A DNA stretch of 64,000 nucleotides from the human T2T-CHM13v2.0 reference genome, Homo sapiens. The notes under the pieces were generated by a model. That model ran no database searches. It saw only the letters and a program-made list of their open reading frames with translations, and was not told where the DNA came from. The number at the start of each line of letters is the position of its first letter. Position 1 is the first letter of the stretch. A program made the translations under genes and the position numbers. The DNA lies in NCBI RefSeq assembly GCF_009914755.1, contig NC_060931.1; one strand, 5' to 3'. Below are positions 1 through 14,685 of the stretch, one piece after another.

Positions 1-1204
1 TCACAATTCTTACTCTACCCTCGGCCCTCCTTGTCCCCAAGTGCCATCACCATCTGTCTGTCTTTGTCTCCCCACCAAGGAACAGCAGATGCTGAGAGTG
101 AAGGGCTGGTCTGGTCCGGTCTCCCTGAGCCCCAGTGACTGCACAGGGCAAGGCACTCAGTACATGTGTACGGAGCGGGGGAAGGCGCCTTGCCCGCCGG
201 AGTCCAGGGTAGGGCACCACTGGAGTTCAGCCCTTGTGGGCCTCTGCCTCCCCCGGGCACATGAGCACATACCTCCTGGCCACACGGCCACGTGCCGCCT
301 CAGCCACCTTGGACCCCACCAAGTCCCTTCCTGTTTCCTCATTCTTTCATTTGCAAAATGGGGCCATGCAGCCACCTGACGGGTGACGGGAGAAGCAGTT
401 GGGGGATGCGGCTGGCTGCCAGGTACTGCCACAGAGCAAGGCTTGGCAAATGCCTCTGAGTCTAAAACGGCAGTGGCCTAGGAGCACAGGGCCTGGGGGC
501 AGGGGCAGTGCCACACCTAACCTGAGATATGTCCAGAGCTGAGGTCTAGCTCACAGCATCTGTGCGTCGGGGAAGCTGGCTGCGGTCACGGCCGGTGCAG
601 CGGCCCAAGGAGTCCACAAAGCAGTAACCTTGGCCCACACCACAGCTCCGGTGCATTTGGAGAGGGGGCCCAGTCTAGGCTGAAGTTGGGGGGAGCCTGG
701 CCAGGGCCTGGGCACCAGGCGCAGGACAGAGGGAAAGGCCTCCAGCTCCTCCCAGCCCTGAGTGCCAGCTCATCGCCCACACCAGCCCTCCACACCCGGC
801 CACAGGGCAGGCAGGCAGGAAGCGGGCACGTGTGACCTGCTGGCCTGTGGCTTGAGTGCAAAACCAGGTAGGGGAAACCTGTCTAGCAGTTCTTCAACCA
901 GGTAAGCACAGAATCGCCATGGGACCCAGCAACTCCAGTCCTGGGTACAGACCCAAACAACCTGAAGCAGGGTCTCAGAGAGACATCTGCACCCTCGTGC
1001 TCACACAGCACGATTCACAATGGCCCAGAGGTGGGAGCAGCCCAGTGTCCGCCTGCAGACAAACGGGCACACGCAATGTGGTTCATCCACACAGGGTATG
1101 ATCCTGTCTTCACATGCAGGGAAATCCCAGCACTCGCCACAGCATCTGTGAACCTGGAGACGTTAGACTGAGTGAAACTGGCCAGTCACAAAAGAATGAA
1201 TACC

Positions 1205-2070
<866 letters not shown>

Positions 2071-2090
2071 TTATTATTTTTAAAAAATCC

Positions 2091-2962
<872 letters not shown>

Positions 2963-4951
2963 TCCCTGTCCTCTGTTGCGATTTGGCAGGCAGCTCCAAG
3001 GATGTACGGAGGCACCCCTCCCTCCCCCAAACCCCCTCCCAGGATGGAGACCCCCACCCAGGTCTTGCAGGACAGTGGGTCCAGGCACGCCCCAACTCGC
3101 CCACCTGCCAGGCCTGTGATGAGAGGCTCTCTGGGTGGCCGCCGGGCGAGGCCCCCTGTTCAAGGTCAGGGGAACCCACTATTGGGACAGGTCATGGGGA
3201 GAGTTTGGAAGGAGCTTCTGTGGGGGCCGCAGAGACCCCAAGACTGCTTCCCTCACACGGCCAGTGGGTGGGGCCTGCTCAAGTCCACCCCAGCAGCCCC
3301 AGGCCTGGCGTTCAGAGGTGGTCTGGGACTGTCTGATGTCCTGCTGTCCAGGTCTGCACCAGCCGTGAGCCAGTGCACAGGACAGTGTTCTGAGGACAGC
3401 AGAACGTGCCGGCCACCCCAGCCCCCATCAACACTGGAGTGGCTCCTTGTCACCCAGCTGGGCCACAGCAGGTACAGGAGGCCCCAGAGCAGCTGGCATC
3501 AGCAAAGAAGCATAGAGCCCTCGAGGATGTGCCATGGGGTCATGGGGGGCTAGGCAGCCCCCTGCCTCCTGACACCGCCTGTTCCACCCTGTGGCCACAG
3601 CCCTGGGGAGCGGGGACAAGCAGAGCGGCCGGGTGTGGCTCATGTCCCCTAAGACAGCTCCCTTTGCAAGGCATCAGTCTCCCTGGCTGTGAAATGAGAG
3701 TGACCCCTCACAGCATCCCCCCTCCATGGCGCTACCCGACAGAGGAGACAAGTCACTGAGGTCATGGACAGATTCTGAAAAGGCAGAGGTGCGGCCCTCT
3801 ACCCGGCAGCGTGGGGCATAGGGAGGGCAGAGAACAGCTCTGGGGTGGGCCAGGCTGGAAGCTTAGCAGGTGGGCCGGGCACACCTGCACCCACTGGGAG
3901 GGGAGGACCACTGAAGGACCCAGCAGGCCAAGGAAGTCCCCTCTTCCTCCTGCCAGGCTGGGAGGCCCAGAGGGTGGCTGGAGAGGGGCCCTGAGTCCAG
4001 AGAAGCTGCTCCCAGGCTGTGTGGCCAGGGAGCAGAGGTTCAGAGGCAAGCCCAGCTCCCCTCCCCGTGGGCCACAGCAACCCCAGGCCAGGCCCTTTCC
4101 CACTGGCTTTCCTGGGGAGCGTTCCTGAACAGGAGGAAATAAAGGTCTGTGGGGAGAGAGTCTGGGGTGAGCCAGCCCAGGGGGCCACCCCCACCGCACC
4201 ATTGCACGGGCCCTGTGGCCGTCCTGTCTCAGGAGACCATGGAAAGGCCGTGGGTCCTGCCTGTCTTTCCAGAAAAGCCTGTCGCTATCTCCCCTCTGGG
4301 ACACCCCAGCTCCTGATGTGGCCTTTCCAGCCAAGCTGCAGCTGGACAGCAGCCACCACGACCTGGGGCTGGCAGAGACCCCTCCATCCCAGAGGGAATC
4401 AGGGACACCCCTTTTTCCGGGGTGTCCAGAGGCTGCATATTGAACCAGGGCCTTGGAGGCAAATGCAAGGTCTTCCCCCGCTCCCTCCCTGGGGGCCTCA
4501 GTCACCGCCGGTGAGTTTAGGTTTGTTCCGAGGGGCTTAGACTATTGGCCCCCAGATTCCTGGTGTGCCTGGGGTGGCGGGACTGCTCCGGCGGGGCCCT
4601 CTCTCCACAGCGCAGCCGGCCTGGGGCTGACAGCTCCCGAGCAGGGCAGGGCTGGTCTGGGCACTGGGCCCCGTTCACAGCCAATGACAGGACCAGTGGC
4701 CTGGAAGGGAGGGACTCCGCGCCTTTGGACTCCAGTGCCTTGAAATCCCACAGACCTGGGAACCGAGTCAGGGATGCCCGGCCGGGAGAACGAACGGGCG
4801 GGCGGCGGGTGGACCAGGACCTGCGTCCGGCCCCACCTCTCCCAGGCCTCACCTGTCCTGGCGCCCGCCCCGGAGCAGCCAGGTGCAGGGAGCCGGGGGC
4901 AGGGGCGCCGCTCACACCCAGGGACCCCCGGTGCGGGAAGGGCGTGAGGCA

Positions 4952-4959
4952 TGACGTCA
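4952..4959. promoter_or_regulatory. Full palindromic CRE (TGACGTCA) in ADAP1 intron 1
   Basis: Exact TGACGTCA inside the CpG island. Confidence 0.5.
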
Positions 4960-5393
4960 CCGCGAGGTGGCCCCGGAGCCGGCGGACCCCACAGCCCAGC
5001 AGAGACCTCCGGCTGGCGGCCCGTTCCCTCCCTGCAGCCAGCCCCGATTTCCTCTTTCTGTGCGGAGCCCGAGCTTTCGCAACGCGGCGGGCGGTCCGCG
5101 GTGACCGTCAGACACGCAGCCCGGCGGGGGAGGGGAGGCGGCGGCAGGGGGGTTTCCGGGGGTCCTGGGGGGGGCCCCCCCGCTGCGCCCGGCCCGGGAA
5201 GACGTCCGGGTCCCCGCAGGTGCAGCCGGGCCCGGGCCCCATCCGAGCGCCGATCCGGCCCGGTGTTCAGCGCCGCCACCCCCGCGGCGTCCGCGCTCCC
5301 CCGCCCGGTCCCCGGGGCCCACCCAGGACCCGCCCGGCACCCCGCGCCCACCCCGGACCCACCCGGCCCCGCGCCCACCCGGCCCACACCTAC

Positions 5394-5475
5394 CCGGGGC
5401 GCCGCAGTCCGCGCAGCGCGCGTTCCCCGGCCGCTGCAGCAGCTCCAGGACCGCCCTGCGCCGCTCCTTGGCCAT
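5394..5475 (-). CDS. ADAP1: ADAP1 (ArfGAP with dual PH domains 1, centaurin-alpha1) first coding exon; rest of gene lies left of the window
   Basis: Strong Kozak GCCATGG; translates MAKERRRAVLELLQRPGNARCADCGAP (ArfGAP N-x-x-CxxC start); 82 nt, phase 1, donor CGG|GTAGGT. Confidence 0.96.
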
Positions 5476-6290
5476 GGCCGCGATGCGCCCGCGATGCCGA
5501 TGCCGGGGCCGGGGCCGGGAGCGTCAGCCCGGCTCGCTAGGGCCCCGCGCAGGCCGCCCGCCGCCGCCGCCCCTGCGCCATCCCGGGCGGCCTCAGCCCG
5601 CGCGCCGGTTCCGCATTCCCGCCGCCCTCTGGGCTCCGCCGCCGCCGCTCGTGTCTCCGCCGCGGTCGCTGAGCGAGTGCCGGCGCGGGGCCCGGGGCGC
5701 ACGCTGCGCTCTGGCCGGCAAGGCCCGCGGGCGGCCCCCAGCGGTGCAGGCGAGCGTGTGGCCTCCTCCCTCGGCCGCTCCGGCGCCCCCAGCCCGCGCG
5801 CCCCGGGGACCCGCTGGGAAATCGCCCGCCGCCCGCCCCCCATCCGCGCGCAGCGTCCCACCTGCCTGGGCGCGAGGCCGCCCCAAAACCTGGCCGGCCT
5901 GGGTGGGACCCTCGTGCCGCCGCGCGCGGTGGGACGGAGCCTGCACACCTACTGTGGGGGGCGCAGAGGGCACCTGCCGAGCTCCCCAAGACCATGGGCA
6001 TGGGGGTGCTCGTGGAAGGCAGGTGTGCGTGTCCTGTGCTACGGACCAGGACCAGGGCGCTCACACCATCCCTGCCTGGGAGGGACGGCCAGCAGGTGAC
6101 AAACGCCAGCGTCCCAGGGCACTGAGGCCACACAGGGCCCAGACGGAGCCTCCCCCTGAGACCCACCCAGCCGCCCACCACCCACAGATGGGACCCTCTG
6201 GGCACCCCTCCCACTCAGGCAGGCTGAGGGGCCCCGCCGGGACTTCACATGGGGGCTGACAGGTAACAAAAAACCTGGTTTTGATGTCAC

Positions 6291-6405
6291 CTCTTCCCAG
6301 ACTCGCGTGCCCTTCCTCTGCACACCCCAGCATCTTTTCAAATTCTTTCCATTTTCTTCTTGCAGGGTTAATGCAGTACACCCGGCTGAAAACAAACTGG
6401 AACAT
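6291..6405 (-). CDS. ADAP1: Alternative first coding exon of ADAP1 (MFQFVFSRVYCINPARRKWKEFEKMLGCAEEGHASLGR)
   Basis: ATG at 6405; 115 nt = 38 codons + 1; donor GAG|GTGACA in the same phase (1) as the canonical exon 1; peptide matches my recollection of a longer ADAP1 isoform. Confidence 0.7.
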
Positions 6406-6519
6406 ACCAGACTGAAAAAGGAAAGCCTCTCCCCACTGCCTTCCAGGCAACCACTGTTAACAAATTCCTCAGCACCTTCCAGAACGAACGTCTGAGGCCT
6501 GTAGCCTTTCATTTATTTA

Positions 6520-6883
<364 letters not shown>

Positions 6884-7410
6884 TCACCCAGTCACTGGCA
6901 TAGGGGCATTTAGAGCGTTTTGAATGCATCAGAATCATGGTCTACACAACCTCATCTTTGCAAGAGTTTTGTGTGGATTTGCTCTCAAAGTGGCATCGCT
7001 GGGGCAATGGTATGGGATGTGGAATGGCCTCCACTGAGGCTGCACTGACCAGAGTGCCACCAAAGGCACCTGTCCCCCTGCTCCAGCTGACGTGGAATCA
7101 TGGAGCTGCTTAAGCTCTGTCTACCTGAAGCAGAACGCGGCAGCCCGTTTTGGTCTGTGTCTCTGGGATCTGTGCCCTGTGGCATCACGTGCTCTTTCCC
7201 TGTAACCGTTCACATGGGTCTTTCTCCTCCCTCAGACGGGAGGCTTTGGGGTGGGGACAGGTGGCATTTTCATCTCTGGGTCCCTGTGCCAGGCTCGGAA
7301 TCCACCACACAGCATGAGCTTGGAGAATGTCGCCTAATAAAGACAGACGAACATTAATAGCAGCAGCTCAGCACTAGGTATTAGGAGAAATAGCCTGACT
7401 TGTATTTTCT

Positions 7411-8054
<644 letters not shown>

Positions 8055-10219
8055 GACATGTATTTTCTTATTAAAGCCCCATTTTCAGCTGGGAAGACTG
8101 AGGCACGGGGAGGTTCGATCCCTTGCTGGAGGCCACACACCTCAGGACTGGAATATACATAAAACAATATAACAAAGCAACACACCCTAACATAGCCGTT
8201 ACCCAAGGTCCCCAAAGACGGGGAGGCCATCATACAAGGCATAGAAAAGGCAGCAGGGAGGCCTCAGGGGAGCCGGTGCCCAACAGGCCAGAGCTTCTGG
8301 CACAAGCCAAGGCCATCTACTGCCTGCTGTTCCGGGGCCTCCTCCGTGGGGCAGCTCCAGCAGGCGAGTGTCTTGCCTTCTCTGTCCTTCCATCCCGCTA
8401 AGGGAACTGTGGCATTGCTCGGGGGGCAGGAGGGCGTGAGGATGAGACAGAGGTGGGTGAACCCCTCAGATCTAAGAGATGTCGGGGCTGAGGGGGATTC
8501 TTCCAAAGAGGAGGCTGCTCGGCCGAGATCCGCAAGTACCTGCCTGGACCCGAGAGCACAGCCGTCCTGAAATCCTGCTGCCCTGACTGGCTGTGGTCAG
8601 GGCTGGGCGGGGCAGTAGGGGAGCCCAGGACTCAGGAAGAATCCGGAAGGTAACAGCATAGCTCAGGGTGGGCCAGACCCAGACCAGTGCTGGTCAAAGG
8701 CTGTTCCGGCCAGCAGCGGCTGGCGAGGGGCCTGGACAGGCGGCGTGCCTGCTCCTGCTCATGCCCAGTGGCCTACAAGCTCTGCTGAGCCTCCTGCCCC
8801 TTGTCACTGACCCGCACGGCTGCACCAGGGACCCTGACACTCATTCCTCAAGCATCTCCCTAGTCCAGAGCCAGAGGCAGCCGCCTCCTGTGACCACTCG
8901 GCCACACAGCAGACCCTGGGCAGGGGGCTCCCGAGAGCAGGGCGAGCTCCTCCAGCGTCGCCTGAGCACGGGGCCTGCGCGTGGTAGGCCAGCAGGCGAC
9001 TTTGATTGGAAGCTGGCTCCTCCCAGGCCTGCAGCTGCGGGGTGAGCCTCTCAGCACAGGCAGAAGGGGGCTCTCCCCAGGGAAGGGGCAAATGGACTGA
9101 GGCCGGGCTGGGCCCTGCTCTGCGACCATCTTGCCCAACAGTCAGCCGAGCTTGCTCAACCAGGAGCTGCCTCAGGGGAGGGGAGGTTGTGGAGGTTCAC
9201 TTCCCTCTCCACCCCGCACAGGGGCCGGGGCTAATTCAGTCAAATTATCTGCGCTTGGACAGCGTCTGGCACGATGGCCGTGAGCTCAGTAGGCCGCCCT
9301 GCAGGCCAAGCAGGGGTCTTCAACATCCAGGCTCAGCGCAGGGGTGGGCAGCTCCTGGCTCTACCTGCCTCAGCTGTGGGGATGGGGGTCGTGATGTTGG
9401 GCCCCCATGTGGCCGGCCCCCTCCAGGGAAGCCCACTGGCTGTGGCCTCCACCCTGTCCTCTGCGACGTGCCTTTGGCCCTGCGCAGACCCTCCTGGGCC
9501 TTCTGACTGCTGTGAGGGCCCTGCCACCCCTCGGGCACCTGGAGTAGGAGTTCAGCAGCATACGGATCCTAAAGAGCTCTGCTCAGGAGGGGCTTAAAGG
9601 AGACACGGGGATTCCCCAGAAATAGCCACTGCGCCCCGAAATGCAGGGGAGGGGGAACCACCCAGGACCAGAGGTGGTCTCAGCACAATTTTCTGGGAGT
9701 GGGGCTAGACCCGGAAACCCCTTTGGAAGCAGGGAGTCCTCAGGGGCCTCCCCAAGATGTCATGCCATGGAGGTGGGTGCACAGGTTGGCTTACTGGGTT
9801 TTGGGGCATTTGAACATATCTTTTGCTTGGTTTTCCAAACAGAGATGGGGTCTGGAGTGGAGAAGGGGGTCGTGGAGAGCCATCCCCATAACCGACGGGC
9901 TGGTGGCAGGTATGGAGCTGGGCACTGCGCCCGGGCAGGGGTCCTGCCATCCCCCATCCTTTCCTCCCCCGCTGGGCAGCTGGCGTTGGCCTGACCACTC
10001 CAGTCACGGCCCAGGTCTCCCCAGGTGCCATCTCTTGAGGCCTGGGACCAGCAGGGTCCTCGGGGGCCGGAATCACGCACTTGGCATGGGGAGGAGGCCC
10101 AGACCCGACGCGGGACCCCGGGAGGTGCTCTCCCCCCACCAGCCCTGGCCCCTTTCCGCAGCGACCATCGGGCAGTAGTGTTTACAAAGTTCACACCCAA
10201 ATTGGTGCAGCCTCAAGAA

Positions 10220-11390
10220 ACAGTTACTTATAAAGAACCCATACAACTCAGTAATAAAAAGGCAAGTGAACCAATTAAAAAAAGGGCAAAGAATCTGAAC
10301 ACATGCGTCCCCAAGGAAGACACACAGCCGCCGACAGGCACCGGAAATATTCAGCACCATTAGTCGTCAGGGAAATGCCAATCACACCAGGATGCAGTGA
10401 AGACCTGGCGGGGGGCCGGTGGAGGGAGGCTAGGATTTACAGACAGACAGTGCCGGTGAGGATGGGGGAAGCTGGCCCCTCCCACAGCGCTGGTGGGTGT
10501 AAGACGGTGCAGCCGCCCTGGAAAACGGGCTGGCATGGAGCTACCGTGGGACCCTGGAAACCCACTCCCCGGTATGCGCCCGAGGACGGCAGAAAACACG
10601 TCCACACGCACCTGGACACGAGTGTTCTCAGCAGCATCTTTCCTTTTCTCTTTTTTTTTTTTTTCTTTTGAGATAGAGTCTCGCTCTGTCACCCAGGCTG
10701 GAGTGCAGTGGCATGATCTCGGCTCACTGCAACCTCCGCTCCCGGGTTCCAGCAATTCTCCTGCCTCAGCCTCCTGAGTAGCTGGGATCACAGGTGTGAG
10801 CCACCACGCCTGGCTGATTTGTGTATTTTTAACAGAGACGAGGGTTTCACCATGTTGATCAGGCTGGTCTCAAACTCCTGACTTCGTGATCCGCCTGCCT
10901 CGGCCTCCCCAAATGCTGGGATTACAGGCATGAGCGCCCAGCCTTATTATTTATTTTTTCAAGATAGGGTCTTGCTCTGTCACCCAGGCTGGAGTACAGT
11001 GGTGCAATCATAGCTCAGTGAAGCCTCAACTTCTTAGGCTCAAGCCAATTCTCCCTCCTGAGCCTCCCGAGTAGCTGGGAATACAGGTGTGCGCCACCAT
11101 GCCCAGCTAAGTTTTGTGGGGTTTTTTGTATCTTGCTACGTTGCCCAGGCAGATCTTGAGCTCCTGGCTTCAGGTGATCCACCTGCCTCAGCCTCTCAAA
11201 GTGCTGGGATTACAGGCGTGAGCCGTCATGCCCAGCCAGCGTTACTCAGAACAGTCCCAAATGCAGACAGCCCACACGTCCACCAGCTGATGGGTGGATA
11301 AGCCAAGAGTGGTCTGTGCCCACCACAGAGTGCGACTCAGCCGTGAACACACCACGACACAGGCGAAGCTTGAACACACTGTGCGAAGTG
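10220..11390 (+). mobile_element. Degenerate L1M fragment interrupted by two minus-strand Alus (about 10642-10943 and 10945-11236)
   Basis: L1-like caactcagtaataaaaaggcaagtgaaccaattaaaaaaagggcaaagaatctgaac; Alu consensus. Confidence 0.7.
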
Positions 11391-11521
11391 ACAGGAGCCA
11401 GGCACAGAGGAGCAGATGGCGGGTGCTGTGGGAACTGACAGGAGCCAGGCACAGAGGGTCGGATGGCGGGTGCTGTGGGAACTGACAGGAGCCAGGCACA
11501 GAGGGTCGGATGGCGGGTGCG
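11390..11521. repeat. 47-bp tandem repeat, about 3 copies
   Basis: gacaggagccaggcacagagggtcggatggcgggtgctgtgggaact repeated. Confidence 0.85.
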
Positions 11522-11669
11522 GTCACACGCAGGACGTGCCGTTCACGTGAGCCCTGTGCATGCAAGTTCTCGTTCTGAAGGCCGTTTCTCTCGTGTTTAA
11601 ATAAGAATCCAGCAGCTCTTCCTGCTTGGCTGCATGGGCTGAGCCCATGAGGCCGACTCTGCCCCAGAG

Positions 11670-12627
11670 TGTAGGGTCCAGCCCTCCGGGGCTTAGCGGG
11701 TGTTTTCCCCGTGTGCAGAGACAAGAAGAGATTGTAATAAATAAAGACACAAAACAAAGAGATGAAGAGAAAACAGCTGGGCCCGGGGGACCACTACCAT
11801 CAAGACGCGGAGACCGGTAGTGGCCCCGAACGGCTGGGCGCGCTGATATTTACTGCATACAAGACAAGGGGGCAGGGTAAGGAGAGCGAATATTCTAAGT
11901 GATTGACAAGGTGAAGCAAGTTACGTGATCACAGGACAGGGGTCCCTTCCCTCTTAGGTAGCTGAAGCAGAGAGAGAAGGCAGCACATGTCAGTATTTTC
12001 TTCTCTGCACTTACAAGAAAGATCAAAGACTTTAAGACTTTCACTATTTCTTCTACCGCTATCTACTACGAACTTCAAAGAGGAACCAGGAGTACGGGAG
12101 GAACGTGAAAGCGGACAAGGAGTGTGACCACTGAAGCACCATAGGGAGGGGTTTAGGCCTCCGGATGACTGCGGGCAGGCCTGGAGAATATCCAGCCTTC
12201 CACAAGAAGCTGGTGGAGCAGAGTGTTCCCTGACTCCTCCAAGGAAAGGAGACTCCCTTCCGCAGTCTGCTAAGTAAAGGGTGCCTTCCCAGACACTGGC
12301 GTTACCGCTTCACCAAGGAGCCCTCAAGCGGCCCTTATGCGGGCGTGACAGAGGGCTCACCTCTTGCCTTCTAGGTCACTTCTCACAATGTCCCTTCAGC
12401 ACCTGACGCTATGTCCGCCGGTTATTCCTAGGTTATGTTAGTAATACGACAAAGAGTAACATTAAAAGCTAATGATTAATAATGTTTATAATCATGATTG
12501 ATAATTGTCCATGATCATCTGTATGTCTAATTTGTATTATGACTATTCTTATTCTAACTATCTTCTTTATTATACTGAAACAGTTTGTGCCTTCAGTCTC
12601 TTGCCTTGGCACAATCCTCCGCCCACA
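11670..12627 (-). mobile_element. Solo LTR, LTR13/LTR13A type (ERVK class)
   Basis: TG...CA termini, 958 bp, perfect 6-bp TSD CCAGAG (11664-11669 and 12628-12633); minus strand begins TGTGGGCGGAGGATT...GGCAAGAGACTGAAGGCACAAAC as in the LTR13 family. Confidence 0.88.
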
Positions 12628-12919
12628 CCAGAGTCCACTCCAGCCCTCAGTGCCCAGGTGGGCTGATACCATATGCCTTTAGCAGACAGGGAGACTGAGG
12701 CTGAGTCACCCATCTCATGGGGGCTTTTGCGGGAATGAGCCACAGGCCTGTCTGTGCCAGAGGCAGGCACGAGATAGCACCCTGCAGAATCAGGCTGGAG
12801 AAGCCCCAGAGCCTCACAGAGAGGGAGGCATGGACGCGCGTCAGGAAAGGCGGAGGCCATCTCAGACGGGGCTTGCCTTTCCCAAGGGGCCCTGACTGTG
12901 CCCCCCACCCTCACCATCC

Positions 12920-13100
12920 CCCTCTGTCCATCCGTCCATCATCTATCTGTGCGATCTGTCATCTGTGTCTATATGACCTGTCATCTCTGTTTATCCATCA
13001 TCAAGCAGTCTCCCTGTCCTCTACCTCTGTCATCTGTTTATCTGCCATCTGAGAATCATCCGTCACCGCCATCATCTCTATCCACCATCTACACACCTAT
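12920..13100. repeat. Degenerate (TCCA/TCTA/TCTG)n simple repeat
   Basis: Low-complexity tetramer-like sequence. Confidence 0.65.
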
Positions 13101-13186
13101 CCTCTCCCAGCGGTTCCCTCCCCTCCCTGACCCCTCCTCCCCACAGTGTGTTTAACACGTAACACTCCTCTCACTCCCACCTGCGA

Positions 13187-13392
13187 TGTGGGCCGCGACC
13201 GTCCCGGCCCGTGCAGGACCACTGTGGGCGAGGGGCTGTGACCGTCCCGGCCCGTGAAGGATCAATGTGGGCGAGGGGCCGTGACCGTCATGGCCCGTGC
13301 AGGATCAATGTGGGCGAGGGGCCGTGACCGTCCCGGCCCATGCAGGATCAATGTGGGCAAGGGGCCGTGACCGTCCCGGCCCGTTCAGGACA
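13187..13392. repeat. 43-bp CpG-rich minisatellite, about 5 copies
   Basis: tgtgggcgaggggccgtgaccgtcccggcccgtgcaggatcaa; units start at 13223, 13266, 13309. Confidence 0.92.
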
Positions 13393-14685
13393 GTGGCCTA
13401 TAACCTCTGACATGGGGTCACAGGAGAATGCGGCTTCTGCCTTGCCCCTCGCCCCTGCCCCGCCTCCACATACACAGCTGGGCTCCCCTGCAGCCTCCAC
13501 GCTGCAGAGGCCACGCGGACAGAGCCCAGGAACAGAGGTGCTGGGCCCAGCCCTGCCCGCCCAGGGGCTGGAACCCTCCCCTGGAGGGCAGAGCTCAGTG
13601 ACTCCAGCCTCGTCACACCTGCGTGTGAACCACCCGGCTGAGCCCAGCTAGCCCCAGAGCCACAGGCGTGGGAGCCGGAAGATGCTGTGTGAGGCCCTGA
13701 GTTTGGGGTGGTCTGTGACACAGGGATTGGTATCTGCACTGGTGGCCTCAGAGAATCCCAGCCCCGCCAGCCCCACGTCCAGACCACTCCTCTCAAAGAG
13801 AGGCCTCGGTGAAGCAGGATCCCTACCCCAGTGGACGCCCATGAGGGCTGGTGCCTTCCCATGTCTGCCTTGAGAAGAGCTGGGACCCCAGGGAGGGTCT
13901 GTGGCTCTGCTGCCCAAAGGGCCCCTACCTGGACCATCCTCCCCCAGCCCCTATTGCAGCCCCCACCAGTGGGGAGACCCCTGCCCCGCCCAGGCTCTGG
14001 CTCAGCCCCTGCAGCCCCTCACTGAACCCCACACTTCATAGGCACCTGCCCTGTGCTGCCCTGATCTGGGCCACATCTGGGTCTCCAAATCCCCTGAAAA
14101 CTGAGCTGGCAGGAGTGGTGGGGGGTGAGTGGGGGGCTGAGGGTGGTGGCAGGCAGGTGTCAGCGGGGGCAGGTGGTAGGAGGGGGCTGCCCAGTCAGGA
14201 AGGCCTGGGGCTTCAGGACACACGACCCTGGCCCTAGCCTGTGGCTCCTGGAGCACGGGCCTAACTGCACAAGCCACCGTCCCCGCCGCAGCCGACAGCT
14301 ACGCACCTGGCTCTGCCTCTGCAGGTGGCCCTCAAGGGTGCTGTGGTGCTGCCGCCGTCCAGCAGGGGCCACCCCCACCACAGCGCTTCTGCTTCCTCCA
14401 AAGTCACGCAGCCCCTGCAGGCTAAGAGGGGTGGGCTCCCATCCCCCGCCCCAAAGCACCACGCTCTGCCCGGCCCTGTCTGGCAGGCGGCCCCGCAGAC
14501 CAACCCCACTGCCCTCAGGGATGACCCCCACCCCCTGGCTCTTCAGAGTGGATGAGTAAGCCCCCAGCCTCCCCTCTGAGTGGGGACACCTGTCGAGGTG
14601 CACAGCCGTCCAGAGCCACGAGGGGACCAGACGGACCTGCTGCCGCCCCGGGCCAAGACTGAGCCACCCACACGCCTCACAACCA

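Larger units (their letters stand above)
4770..6000. promoter_or_regulatory. ADAP1: CpG island / ADAP1 promoter and first exon
   Basis: Very high GC and CpG density, GC boxes and (GCC)n runs around the ADAP1 ATG. Confidence 0.9.

Noticed and set aside
4517-6259. Overlapping 200-470 aa Pro/Arg/Gly/Ala ORFs on both strands
   Set aside because: Expected stop-codon depletion in a CpG island; only the 82-nt ADAP1 exon has splice and homology support
10350-10367. REST/RE1-like TTCAGCACC upstream of ADAP1
   Set aside because: Left half-site only, inside an L1 fragment
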